A stretch of DNA of 64,000 nt from the human T2T-CHM13v2.0 reference genome, Homo sapiens (GCF_009914755.1 NC_060936.1), one strand, 5' to 3'. Shown: positions 12,571 through 24,477, counted from the first letter of the stretch. The notes: generated from the sequence alone by a model not told the origin. Numbers and translations: made by a program.

Positions 12571-14797
12571 TTAGAAGAGGTTTTATGTTCAAATTTAGGA
12601 CTTTTTTTTTTTTTTTTTTTTTTGCTGGTGTTGAATTATTTGATCTTTTATGCTGCTACATAGTACTTATTTGTAACCCTCAAGTGAGCTCTACTGAGCA
12701 ACATGACTGAGCAGATTGGAGAGAGGAAATAGAGTCTAGGGAACAGTACAGTCTTGGAGTTAATTTGTGTTCTATTTGAACTCAAATCAGAGGCTTGGGT
12801 ATCAACAGTAAACTTGTCAAGCCACCAATTTCAGGAGGAAAGAACTGTGGTGAGGAGCTGTACTTTAATTTTTTTCATCTTAAAATGGAGATAACAAACT
12901 TTTTAAGTCTTTTGCAAGGGCTAAATTGGTAAATATGTATAAAGCATTTGCAACTAGGGCCTACCACATAGTGGGAGCTACTGTATATTAAATCAGTGGG
13001 CATATGGTAAGGCCACTTTTTAAGGCCACAAATGGCCAAATAGCTGCAGGGTAGAAGACCACTCTGATGTGCTGCTGATCTTCTCTCCCTCACCCCTCCA
13101 ATCACAGCTGTGGCTGATCGCAGATCTCAGGCTCACCTGTTAAGCCCAAAGGCTTCAGAAGAGAGAAGGCTGTCTCTCTTATGTGACTCTGTGTTGGGGG
13201 CGTTCTTTCCTATCCCCTCCCAACAAGAAGAGCAGGTTGGAGGGAATATTTCCCAGTCTACCTTTCCATTCCTTCCCTCCTCCTCCCGGGGGAAGAGTAG
13301 TTGATCTTACAGATAAGAGCCTGATAGTGGCTTCTCCAGCCCTGTTTCTGTTCATTCAGTGAGTCAGTCGGGGTTGGGAATGTGGGCAGGGGCCCTTTAG
13401 CCTGAGGTCTCCCATCCAGTTTCCACAGACAGCCCTGCGCTCTGGGCTGTGGCACAGCTGTCCAGCCATTAATAAGATGGATGCTTTGATCCTCACTGGG
13501 TAACAACTCTCATATCCTTTTCTGTATTGGCCTGAACTGGAGGACCAAAAGGATGAATCTGGGGCTTCTTAATCTGCAAGACACTTCCATGTTCCTAATA
13601 TCACCCACTCAGGAAACTTCCCTCTAGTTTTTTTTCCTGAATTCCACAGGCTCCTACCTTCCTTCCTCTGTCATTTTGAAAATAATTTTTCCTTATCTTA
13701 AGCTATATCTTGAGAAAGACCCATAATAGAACTTTCGATCTAGCTTGGGAGATGTTTTTGGTGGAGTTGTGTGTTCTTCCACTGGGAGGAAGGTGGGTAA
13801 ACGAGGGAAAGTGGACATGTGGCAACTTTCTATACTAGGAGAAAGCAAAGGGAGGAAGTAGACTATTTTATCTGCCTCCAGGTCTGAATGTATTTCCAGA
13901 TTCTCCTGGGCCAGGACAGACCAGCTCTGCATTGCAATAGGTCAGTTGCTATGTTGATCTTCTAAGCACATCTTTTCATGTGTCCTGGAGGTAGGACACT
14001 AGAGATCAGAGATATTTCCCTTCCTGCCATCCTACCTGCCCTTGAGTGACAGCTTCCCTTCATCTGTAAGACAAAAACCTTCATTTTCCCATGCTCTTCT
14101 TTACCCATTGAATCTCATATGCTGTTACAGTGAGAACTGGCCAGGGTTGGGAGGAGATTGGCACATATTAGGTAGATGCGCCTGGCACATAGTAAGCATG
14201 TGGGGGGTGTTTGTCGAGTGTGGGAATGGGAGTCATCCACTCTGTGGTGAAGCAGAAGTCTTGGCAGATGAGGGTGTAGAGGAAGAGGGTGGAGAGAAGA
14301 CAAGAGGTTACAGGATGAGATGCTGGGAGCACAGAGTGTAGTCCAAAAATGTGCTGGGAAAGGAACAGGGAGCTTGGAGAGCTAGGAGAGGGCAGTGTCC
14401 TGGAAAGTTAGTGAGGAGAAATTTCTAGAAGGGGTAATTGTGTCCAGTTCTACAGATGCTGTCACAGGATTTGTTGATGCTTGTGACTCTTTGGAGAGCA
14501 GTTGTGGAGGCTGGATGGATGCAGATGGTAGACTGTAGGGGCATAAGGCGTGCACAGGAGCTGAGGGCCATGGGGCAGTGCATTGGTGAGGTGGGGGCAG
14601 TGGCGAGGAGGGTCAGGACTTTGCAGAAGATGTTTTGGGATGTGGAGACATGAGCAGGTTTGTAAGCTTAGAGGGATGAGAGGTTTAAATTCAAAGGGAT
14701 AGGGTAACTAAGAAAGAAACCCAGTAGAGTGGGGGCATCCTGCCTCTCTTCCTGAGCCCAGCAAAGCCACCACAGAGTCAGACTTGGGACACAATGC

Positions 14798-14803
14798 TTT
14801 AAT
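14798..14803 (-). terminator. GLYCAM1 polyadenylation signal ATTAAA
   Basis: ATTAAA about 80 nt after the stop, followed by GCAT, similar to the LACRT and DCD signals. Confidence 0.65.
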
Positions 14804-14884
14804 ACATGAATTTGAGGAGCCGAAAGATGGCTTTTGGATGTGGCGTCTCCCACAGCCTAGCCTGGAATTCAGGCACCCTCATCA

Positions 14885-15015
14885 TTAGGGCCTCATGACA
14901 TCATTGGCGCTAGGGATTAGGTTTTTCAGATAGTTTATGATTCCTTTCAATGCTTTGTCCAGATTCTTCCCGATTTTATGGGCCAGTTTGGCAAGTTTTC
15001 CCTCTGAGGCGGTTG
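14885..15015 (-). pseudogene. GLYCAM1: GLYCAM1 exon 4 coding part, open frame to TAA (C-terminal amphipathic helix)
   Basis: Acceptor tactcctcag, phase 1; 43 residues with no stop or frameshift (within ORF track 14885..15079). Confidence 0.88.
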
Positions 15016-15266
15016 CTGAGGAGTACTGAGAGGGAAATGCCAAGTTAAGGCTGGTTCCCTTCCCCCCTCTCCCCTCCACCCCAGCAACAGCCTTTCACAG
15101 GGCTGGCAATCGATGCTTCATTTGACTCACACTCACATTTAGTTCTTGTTCCTCCACAGCCTCCTTTCTTTTTCTAACCCCACCTATTTCCACCCAAGTA
15201 GCTCCCAGCCCCTTCCTTTTCCTGCTCAATACCTGCCCAGGGGCTTGCCCCTTCCCTGGCTCATAC

Positions 15267-15460
15267 CAGCCCTGGGAGCCAGTTCTGTAGTCTCTTCTAA
15301 TTGGAGCTTAACATTTTTGAAATTGTCCTCTTGGGGTGTGTGCTCTTTTGACAGCATTCTTTTTGGAAACCAGCTCTTCTTTGGAGATGAAGCGCTCCTA
15401 GAGAGGCTTCATTGGAAACATGGTCCTTCTTGGGGTGGCTGCTAGGGGTGACCTGGGCAG
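15267..15460 (-). pseudogene. GLYCAM1: GLYCAM1 exon 3 (mucin-like, multiple frameshifts)
   Basis: Acceptor cttcctggttccag, donor gtatga. Segments AQVTPSSHPKKDHVSNE / ERFISKEELVSKKN / QEDNFKNVKLQLEETTELAPRA are interrupted by frameshifts. Confidence 0.85.
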
Positions 15461-16246
15461 CTGGAACCAGGAAGATAAAGGGAATGGGGGGCAGAGTGAC
15501 AGCACATGGTGAGAAGCAGTCAGCCATCCCATGTCATGTCCCTTAACATGTGGAGTCCATCAGGGTTGAGTCATTGCCTAATTAACATACAAGTAGGACT
15601 GAGGTCCCGTATCAGAATCCAAATCTATGAGCACCTGAAAGGCACATCTCTGATTTTGAATGCCATTGATTAGGAATTCCACTTTCCCCAGCAAATTTAC
15701 CTTCCCAATGAGAAGGGATTAACTTTGCAAACATAGGTCCCATTGTCTGGCCCATTGGAGGAGTTCAGTAAATATTGTTTTTCTTTTTTTTTCTTCTGAA
15801 TTCTGGGTATTGCTTGAATCTGCCTTCTCTGGCTTCTCCAAGGTAGATTGGGGGAAGCTAGCCTGAGATTAAACCATGTCTATGGATAATACACAAAGCA
15901 GAATCCTGAAATGTTCATGGTTTCTGGGCTGTGGCAGTGGGGAGCCTGGAACGGATGAGCCACTCCAACATCCTCACCTCCATGAGCTGAAACCTTTTAC
16001 CTGCTAGCACTTGGGTGTGAGGTGTAGTCCCCATTCCTATCTCCAATGACTAGCCAGCAGAAAGGGCTATTCAAATGATTCCTGGCCCTCACATCTTGGT
16101 CAATAAGTGCAGCAGGAAGGATTAAGGTTCAATACTAGGAGGGCTTATCTTTGCTCCACTTCTTTCCCAAAGGGAGAATTCATCATTTACTGGACAATCT
16201 TTTACCACCAGTGACTTACTCTAAAGGATGCCAGCATGAGACTTAC

Positions 16247-16289
16247 AGGCATCTGCAGGCAGTCTCCGAGTGAATTTCACCTTCTGGCT
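16247..16289 (-). pseudogene. GLYCAM1: GLYCAM1 exon 2 (43 nt, apparent 2-nt deletion)
   Basis: Acceptor ctcttctttttcag, donor gtaagt. Reads EPEGEIHSET, then the expected (Q)PADAS is out of frame. Confidence 0.85.
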
Positions 16290-16953
16290 CTGAAAAAGAA
16301 GAGGTTAAAGTCTTCAGAGGTCTCAAGACAGTTAATATATGAGTTTTTCCCTCTGTAACCCCTCCTGCCCCAGCATTTTCAATCTTCCTTACCTTGCTTT
16401 ACATCCTCCTTAGCATTTCAAACATACTTTGTAATTTACTTAATATGTTCATTGTTTGTTACTTTATCTTAGAATGTAATTTCAGTGATGACTGAGTTTC
16501 TATTCTATTAGTGTATCCAAGTGCTTAGAACTACGTGTCTGGCACAGAGTTAGTGCTCAGTAAGTAGCTATGGAATGAATATGTGTGTACATATTGTACA
16601 GAGGGAGGCACGGAAGTCCAGAGAAAGGTAGTGACTCTGCCTGGATTATCCAGCATCACCAGAGGCTGGAATCTGATCTGAACCTCCATTGACCCAGAGT
16701 GCATCCTGATTTGGCCCCTCTGGCTCCTGCTCCAGGCTTTCTAGGTTGCAGAATTCCCGGGATCATATGCCCTAGTCCCTCACCTCCATACCTAGGTCAT
16801 CCCAGGTGTGAACTTTTGGTTCTGCAGCTTTCCACCTCTCCACACAGCATATTACAAGGATTAAGGAAGGCCCTTTCTAGTGCTGAGGTCTCTCCAGCTG
16901 ACAGCTCAATAACCCTTAGGGGACTGAGAGTTGTGGAAGGAGGCCAGATTCAA

Positions 16954-17017
16954 CATCAAGGATGGCGAGAGAGGTGGAGGCTAGGCTGGCTGGCAGCAGG
17001 ACCATGAAGAACTTCAT
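16954..17017 (-). pseudogene. GLYCAM1: GLYCAM1 exon 1 coding part (signal peptide); 5' splice donor GT replaced by TT
   Basis: Kozak CTCCACCATG at 17017, then 21 codons + G, then TTGAAT (16953-16948) where GTGAGT is expected. Read-through gives VESGLLPQLSVP-stop. Confidence 0.9.
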
Positions 17018-17092
17018 GGTGGAGCTGTAGCAGGATCAGTTTTTCCTGGGGGAGGCTGCTTAGAGTTGCTGAAGAGGCAGCCTGGCAGGGGC

Positions 17093-17213
17093 TTTATTTA
17101 TTTTGGGGTAGGGATGGACTCTGGGGAAACTGGACCTGGGAACATACTAGGTTTCCCCTCCTGAGTTTCCCATTCTGAATAGGTTTGTTTTTGGGAACTG
17201 GAGTTTCTGGGAA
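17093..17213 (-). promoter_or_regulatory. GLYCAM1 proximal promoter: TATA-like TAAATAAA and STAT5 GAS site
   Basis: TAAATAAA at 17100-17093, ~80 nt before the ATG. TTCTGGGAA (TTCN3GAA) at 17205-17213 with a degenerate TTTTGGGAA just proximal. Rodent Glycam1 is known to be prolactin/STAT5-responsive. Confidence 0.6.
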
Positions 17214-17559
17214 ACCGGTTAACTGGAAAGTAAGGCCCCCAGCCTTCCCCCTGGCTCGGACCATGCTGAAGGTGTGTCGGCTCCAGCTTTTACCCCCAGA
17301 AGTCCATGGAATAAGGACATGGGTGTGAGTTTCCCTCTTTCATGGTACTCATTACTGTGTAATTTTACTTTCATTAGTATGATCATTTAATTAACATCTA
17401 TCTCCTCCAGAAGAATGAAACTTCCAAAATGGCTGGGATTATATCTGTTTTGCTTGCCATTGTTTTTCCAGTACCTAGCAGGTATCTGGCACATAGTAGA
17501 ATTCTAGGAAATATTAGTGGAGTGAATGAATCAAGGAACGGTCAGGCTGTCCTCTAGGG

Positions 17560-17893
17560 CAGCGGTCCCCATCCTTTTTAGCACCAGGGACCAGTTTCAT
17601 GGAAGACAATTTTTCCACAGCCAGGGGGAGGATGGGGATAGTTTCAGGATGAAACTGTTTCACCTCAGATCATCAGGCACTAGTTAGATTAGCGTGCAAC
17701 CTAGATCCCTTGCATGTGCAGTTCACAATAGGGTTCGCACTCCTGTGAGAATCTAATGCTGCTACTGAGCTGACAGGAGGCACATCATGGTGGTAATGCT
17801 CACTTGGCTGTTGCTCACCTCCTGCTGTGTGGCCCGGTTCCTAAGAGGCCACAGACTAGTACCAGTCCGTGACCTGGGGGTTGGGAACCCCTG
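17560..17893 (+). mobile_element. MER1B-like hAT-Charlie DNA transposon with 8-bp TSD CTCTAGGG
   Basis: TIR-like ends cagcggtcccc / gggaacccctg; identical 8-bp flanks 17552-17559 and 17894-17901. Confidence 0.9.
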
Positions 17894-18739
17894 CTCTAGG
17901 GTGCAGATAAAACTCCCCATCAGTTCAGGAATGAAGGAGTGAGGCAGTTACAGAAATTCTGACTATATGCCAGGTAGTGTCCTGAGTTTGTTCCTATGGG
18001 ATATCTCATTTAATTCGTGATGGTTTGGGAGGTATGTGTTATTTACCAAGGAAAAAAAAACTGATGTTCATAGAGGTGAGATTACTTGCATAAGGCCACA
18101 TATATGGGTGGATTTGAACCCAGGTCAGTCTAACTCTACATCTGGGGTCTAGTGGCTCTAAAATTGGATAAGATGGAGCAGCGGGATGCCCAGAGAGGCA
18201 TCTGGAGAGCAGATGAGGGTTGTGCGTAGGGCCTGGGTCTTGGTCGTGGGCCTAGGAACTGATCTAGTTGATCTTGTTTCCTCCTCCAGCTGGAAGTTTG
18301 ATATTCTCTCTGAAACCTCTCCAAGAAGGAGAAGGCTGCTGTACCCTAACACTGAGTCTCTTATCCTCAGCACAGGGGGCATGGCTTGCTGGGCATGTGA
18401 GTAGGTAAGGTAACGCCTAGAGACCACAGTTGGCTGTGCTAGCCAGTGTGAGGCCTTTGCCCGGGAGAGCCCTAAGGGGCTGGCAGTTGTCCTCCAATTG
18501 TTCCAGCAAAGCTCTCTCCTTAGGCAAGGTGGTGCAGTGAAGGAAGTTTGTCTTGGGCTGCCTCCAAGCACCCCTTCCTCCCTGACTCCCCCTCTCACCA
18601 GCAACCTCTCCTCCCATAGCCCAGGGCACTTGGGAACAGGACGGGGGCAGATGAGGGCATTCACAGCAAGTCTATGAGGGTAGGGTTTCAGCACTGCAAG
18701 CTTATTTCCTAATATACATAATTCACATGTTGAGGCTCT

Positions 18740-19460
18740 CATCATCTCCAGACTAGGCTATTTTAGTTTTTCACTGCTCTTCTGGCTTCCAGTCTGTCTC
18801 CACTACGGTCCATTCTTCATGCTAATGCTGGAGGGATCCCACAAAGTTCATGCCACTTCTGTACTCAAAAGTCTTTAACCACTATCCATCACCATGTGAT
18901 CAAAGTCCAAACTCCTTGGTCTTCCACCTTCACAGCCTCATTTCCTACCCCTGTGAATTATTCCCTACTCCTGGAGTGTTATACTTGGGTTCATGCCGTT
19001 GCTCTGTCAGGAATCTCTTTCCTCTCCATCTGTCTGCTATGTTCCCACAGCATGATCCAGATCAGATGTCATCTCCTCCCTGGAGTGAACACAACCTTCT
19101 CACCATCCCTCCTCCCTTGGTTAGTCACTCACCTCTGTGGTTCCATGATGCATTGTTGATATCTTTATCTTTTCATTATTACATTCCACTATTATTTATT
19201 AAGTGCCTGCCATGCAGCAAGATTTGGAGATATAATGGTGAACAAAATCACCTGGACCCTGGCCTTAGGCCTTTATTGTCTAGCACTTACCACACTCTAT
19301 TGTAATGATCTGTTTTGAAATCTGTTGCTGTTACTGGTCAGTTACCATGTTGAGGACAGAAGCCATAGCTTACTTGTCTCTGAATCCCAATTTATTTAGC
19401 GCAGATCTTAACTCTTGCTAAGTTTCCAGTCTGGTTTTGTCAAATGAGTCAATGTGCCTT
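18740..19460 (+). mobile_element. L2 fragments (approximate)
   Basis: tcatcatctccagactaggcta..., atcaaagtccaaactcctt, gaggacagaagcca motifs. Confidence 0.5.
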
Positions 19461-19649
19461 TTCAAAGATGGCTCCTGGGGGATATGTTTGTTCAACAAAG
19501 TATCTCTTTAGTGTGTGTGGCAGGGGACTTCTGAGAGACCTTCTCCCGCACAGAGTTCAACAAGAATGTCTGCCCTACACCAGGTATGGTGTGGGCGCTT
19601 AAGCTCCAATGCTGAGCAAAACAGACCAGGTCCCTCCTCTCCCAGGTAA

Positions 19650-19815
19650 GGGTGCCAGATAAAATGTAAGTCACCCAGATAAATGTGAATTTCACAGAAA
19701 CAATGAAAATGTTGTCAATATGCCTCAAATATTGTGCAGTACCTAAGTATGTCTCAGATATATCTGAAATTGCATTTAACTGGGTGTTCTGTGTTTATTT
19801 GCTAAATTTGGCTCC
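19650..19815. mobile_element. MER53-like palindromic hAT MITE
   Basis: agggtgccagataaaatg...cacccagataaatgtgaatttca / tctgaaattgcatttaactgggtg...tttgctaaatttggc inverted arms. Confidence 0.75.
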
Positions 19816-21017
19816 GAAGGTTCCAGACCAGCCTCAGACTTGGATTAGAAGCAGGCAAGACTTTCCGTGTCCATCCTTCCTGATCTGTCCTCCTCAGAGC
19901 CCAGTCTCATCCTGGGTACTCAGTTACGGGAAAGATGTCCTGGAGAGGTGACCACGTGTCTGCCACACCTATAACTCCCTTCTGAGAAACGAGGTCACTT
20001 GGTTCTTAGCACACAAGATGCCAGACTTTGGGTCAGATATCTCTGTTACCCTAACCACTCCTATTTGTGAGGAAGCCTGGGCTTATTCAGAGGTAACAAT
20101 CAACAGGCTGGACACAAGGGAGGCCATGGCCTCTCAGGAGACCTGTCCATTTCCGGGGCTTTCTACTGGATAGTTCCTAACCAAGTGGATGGGGTCACTC
20201 TCAGTGAAGTATGAGTCAGAGAGACAGAGAGAAAGAAAACTCAGAGATGTAAAAACAGTAGAAGAAGAGACAGGCCAGGATGGAGGGTGAGGTGAAGACT
20301 CTTGTCTAGGGGAGCCTCTGGGCCTCAAGCTATGACAAAGTGACTGTCCACAGAGTGGCTGGAGGGGCTCACAGCCCAGCTGGTCTCTGCTTGGTACTCT
20401 GTGAAGCCTGCTGAGATGGCTTCCTGATCTTCCTTCCTTCCTTCTGTCACTTAATGGAATCTGAGTGAGTCTTGCAAACTTGAAAAAGCCTATTTTTAAA
20501 GCTCCACCCACCCCACCTCAAGCATCATTAGTTTTTAGTGAGGACACCTGGGTCCAAGATTCAGCTCTGCCACGGACTCACTCTGCAGTCCTCGACCAGC
20601 AGCTGCACCCCCCAACCCCCGCCCCACCGCCACCTCTCTGGACCTCATCCTTTTCCTCAGCAAGGAGAGGGAGAGTCCAGATGGATCTCCAAGGATCTCT
20701 AGGACTCCCGTTCCAAGACCTGACACCCTCTTGGAACAGGGGTGGAAAACTTCTTGGGAGATTTTTATTTCAAGAACAGCATCAGGCTGGTTGTTCTCAA
20801 ACTTCACAACCAGCTGGGGAGTGCATTTGAATCCCCTTTCCTCTCCATTTGGTAGGCCTGGGATGCAGCCCAGGAACCCACATTTAAAGAGCAGCATCCA
20901 GGGCAGTTCTGATGCTGAGAACAGGACTACCCTAGGCAGACACAATGGCTTCTACACAAAAGCTCAAACTTCTTTTCTGGTAAGGATTTTGGGAGGTAGA
21001 GAGTCTGTTGTTTTTGT

Positions 21018-21086
21018 TGTGTGAGTGTGTGAGTGTGAGAGTATGAGTGTGTATGTGTGTGTGTGAGTGTCAGAGAGAGAGAGAGA
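21018..21086. repeat. (TG)n/(GA)n compound microsatellite
   Basis: Direct reading. Confidence 0.85.
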
Positions 21087-21189
21087 GGTAAGGGGGGACA
21101 TCACCATGGGGGTTGCTGCCCTGGGGCAGTGGGGCTGGAGAAGAGAAGGGGGAAAAGGAGACCAACATTCTGTGATGTCTGACCTTGAG

Positions 21190-21370
21190 CCAGGTGCAGG
21201 ATTATTTAATTCTCATAATAATCTACAGGGTAGTATTGATAGTCTCTGACAGATTGGGAAAACTGAGGCTCAGAGAGGTTAAGTAAATTTACCAAAGTGA
21301 CATGACGGCAACTGGCATGGCTGGGATTTGAACCTGGAACTGCTTGGCTCTGATTCCCGTGCTCTTCCCA
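21190..21370 (-). mobile_element. MIR SINE
   Basis: gaaaactgaggctcagagaggttaagtaaatttaccaaagtgaca...gggatttgaacc. Confidence 0.8.
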
Positions 21371-22689
21371 TAATGTCCCACCCACACCAAGCATCACTAG
21401 AGTCAATGTCACAGCAGCCATAAATCCTTGGCTTCCCGGTGGAACTCCATTTCACACATTCTGTGCTGTTTCCCACATATCCATTGACTATTCTAGGAAA
21501 TCAATGTTTCTGCCTCCAAACACTTCCCAAACTTCACCTTATCCCCTATTACTAGAATAGGGAGGAAAAAAAGCCTTCGACAGAGGAGCTTAGTAGGTAA
21601 CACAGCCAGAGGGAGCAGGTCCACATTAGAGATGGGAGAGTCATTAGAGAAAGGAGTCAGGAGAGAACCAGCACAGGGGAGATAACTGCAGAGAGGTTCC
21701 ACTGCTGTGGGACCCTGGTGTAGGTGGGAAGGCGAGCAGCTTCTGTCTTGTTCCCAGTCTGGATCTAGCAGTTCTTTCTGAGTGAGACTCTATTCTCTTC
21801 TTCAGGGTCCATTGCTGTCATGTCCATTCCAGCTATATCCAGTTTCTCCACAAGAAGCTCTGAGCCAGACTTGGCTCAGCCTGGGCAGTCTGTGAAAACA
21901 CACTCTCTCTCCATCTGGAAGATGGGGCCTTGGGAATGTTACCCACATGGGCTAGTGGCTCAGTGTCCCACATACAGCCCCATGAGCTGGGTTGGGAGTG
22001 GGTGAGTGGCTGTGGGTGTGGAGCTGGATGGGCCAGCTACACAGAAAGCTGCAGTTCCTGGCATGCCTCGTGATCACTCACCCATCCATGGGTAGGCTTT
22101 TTCCTTTCCTCTTCAAGTCCTTAGGAGCCATCCATCAAACTACATAAGCAATTCCCAAATTGGATGCTTCGTGTCAATAGCTCTGGTAAGCGGGGTTATA
22201 TTCCAGTGTGAGGACTGCAAGCTGTGAGAAGGGGCCATAGCAAATCAGGATGGTTGGAGGGTAGACACCCTGAAGGCCAGGGCACCTGTCCTTCCCACTT
22301 GCACATCAGGAGAGGAAATGCAAATGGCAGAGTCCACAGTCAGAGGATGGAAGTTGTTCTTGGGGAAGACTGAAGATCAAAAAATTTTGGAATTCTGAAT
22401 CTGGAAGGAATCGTGTGACTTGTGAATCCACAGAGAGGACTCTAAGTAAGGGAAAACCAGAACACGTTGTGGCTGTGACCCATCACGGTCACATCTATGT
22501 GTTAGGGAGACTTGAATTCCCACTAATTCCCTCCCGGGTGTGGGGAGGAGGGTTTAACACTGGGGCCCTTGTTTAGGGATGTACAGGCTTCATAACATAG
22601 ACTTCAGTTGCAACCCAGAGCACCCAATTTCCTACATAGTCTGAGGTAGGATGCTCTTAGTGGGGAATAATGGGCAGTCCAAATCAGTT

Positions 22690-23130
22690 GGCTCAGACAA
22701 TGAAAAAGGCATATCTCGTGATGCAAGAACACTAGAGGTAGGTTTGGTAAATTCAGCAGCTTAATGAATTCACGAAGGACTTAGATTCTTTCCATTTCTC
22801 TATCCTATTCTTCTCTGTCCAAGAGCCTGGTCTTCTGGTTACCTCTCTTCAGGTAGCTGGCTGCTGCCATACCAGGTAGCTTCAGCTGGCTGCTGCCATA
22901 CCAGGTATCACATCCTCACAATGTCCAGAGGCAGAAAAATGACCTTCTCTTCCTGTGTTACCTTTTATGCTCAAGAGAATCCTTTCTTGGGAGTCTTGAT
23001 AGCGTACTCTCTCTCATGTCTCGCTAGCCAGAATGGCATCACGACATGTCAACCAGGCTTTGGCAAAGGCAATGGGACCACTTTGATCGGCTCTGGCTGA
23101 CTGATTCATCTCCTGATGGGGCCTGCCTCC
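22690..23130 (-). mobile_element. Old MaLR LTR (MLT1J/K-like, approximate) with an internal 29-bp tandem duplication at 22855-22907
   Basis: aaggacttagattctttccat, ggctgctgcca...caggtatcacatcc, ctcatgtctcgctagccagaa motifs. Confidence 0.5.
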
Positions 23131-24279
23131 CCAGAAACACACGGCCATGAGAAAGGGGCATAGGGAATAAAATCAATCTGTCCACAAGGAGAAAGGGAGG
23201 TGCAGCTGTTAAAAAGGCAACCAATAGCATTTAATGGGCATATTCAACAGTCTGAACCCAGGGTTCAAATATGTAATTGTTTTATTTTCCTTTAATTGCT
23301 GCCTTAAAAATGCTCCGGGGAACCTCCATTTCTAATCCTTTAATAATATCTCTGGTATATTCTATAGGTAGGTCCAATTTAATGTTTCAGTTTCACATCC
23401 AATTCAACACTCACTTTCTCCACCTCCTTTTTCTTCCATCTAGTTTGTTCTCTGCTCCTCCCAGCATGTTTAAGCAAGGAGAGAATCAATGAAAAGAAAT
23501 AAACATCCCTTATCTGATTGCTGTCAGACTCTCTCTTCTCTTGGCTAGTGCTGCTTCTCGGGCCAAGACTGGCTGATCATGTCCTGTTTGTGGCAAGAGA
23601 CCAAATGATGGCTATCTTAAGGAAGGGGTGCACATGTGAGTCTTTGGGGCACCTGCGGGCTCCCTACTGTACAGTTTTCTCTTTCAACCACCCTAAGAAG
23701 CCATTCGGCAGTCCACCCTATATCTTCTCACATCGGAGGTCTGCTTGTCAAGCGACTTCCCCTTTTGAGTGGGATGCCAACAAGATGGCTCAAGCCACAA
23801 GATCTGTTTAATCCACAGGAAACTCTTGCCCTCTTTCCGTACCAATCAGTATAAAAGACTGGTCATCTCACTCCTCACTTCCTTCTAGTCTTCTATTTTT
23901 TCCTCTGTTTGAGCAGGCACAGAGGGCAGATCAGCAAGTCCACTGTGCAAGCAGGTGTTGAATTTGGAATGAGATTTCATTCTTCCTTTTGGCAGGCACC
24001 AAGCCCTTGCTGCTTGGCTTGAGGGTGGAGGGAAGGGATGACAACTCATGACCCTGAAAAATCTCCAGTTTTCCTTCTCACCCTGTTCTTAACACATACT
24101 GGGGAGTAGGGTGATGGTGACAGGACAAATTCTGACTTCTGAATCATCAGTCCTGAGGGTTGTGTCTGGTACCTCCTTGTTGGCTCTCTTTAGGTTGTAG
24201 AGTACTCAGCACTTTATTGTTTTCAACTTGTAGCTATAGTTACAATAGAGATTTTATTTGGCATCTTTCCAAATCATCC

Positions 24280-24477
24280 CCCCACCCTAGCCTTTCAAAT
24301 AGCTGGGACTAAAGGTGCATACCACCATGCCTGACTAATTTAAAAAATTCTGGTGGGGGGGATAGAGACAGGTTTCTCTATGTTTCCCAAACTGGTCTTG
24401 AACTCCTGGCCTCCAGCGATCCTCCCACCTTGGCCTCCCAAAACATTGGGATTAGAAGTGTGACACGTGTGCCTGGC
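24280..24477 (-). mobile_element. Partial Alu (J-type)
   Basis: tagctgggact...gaactcctggcctccagcgatcctcccaccttggcctccca. Confidence 0.8.

Larger units (their letters stand above)
14885..17017 (-). pseudogene. GLYCAM1: GLYCAM1 (GlyCAM-1/lactophorin/PP3) unitary pseudogene, 4 exons
   Basis: Signal-peptide exon MKFFMVLLPASLASTSLAILD; exons 2-3 resemble PP3/GlyCAM-1 (EPEGEIHSET..., ISKEELVSK..., KLQLEETTELAP); last exon ATASEGKLAKLAHKIGKNLDKALKGIINYLKNLIPSANDVMRP. Disablements: intron-1 donor reads TTGAAT; exon 2 is 43 nt and exon 3 is 194 nt, neither a multiple of 3. Lies next to LACRT and DCD. Confidence 0.93.

Noticed and set aside
18136-18745. 195-aa ORF and an overlapping GPRPRPRPY proline-rich frame upstream of GLYCAM1
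   Set aside because: No signal exon, donor or polyA signal links it to a gene model; similarity to mucin or proline-rich peptides is only compositional.
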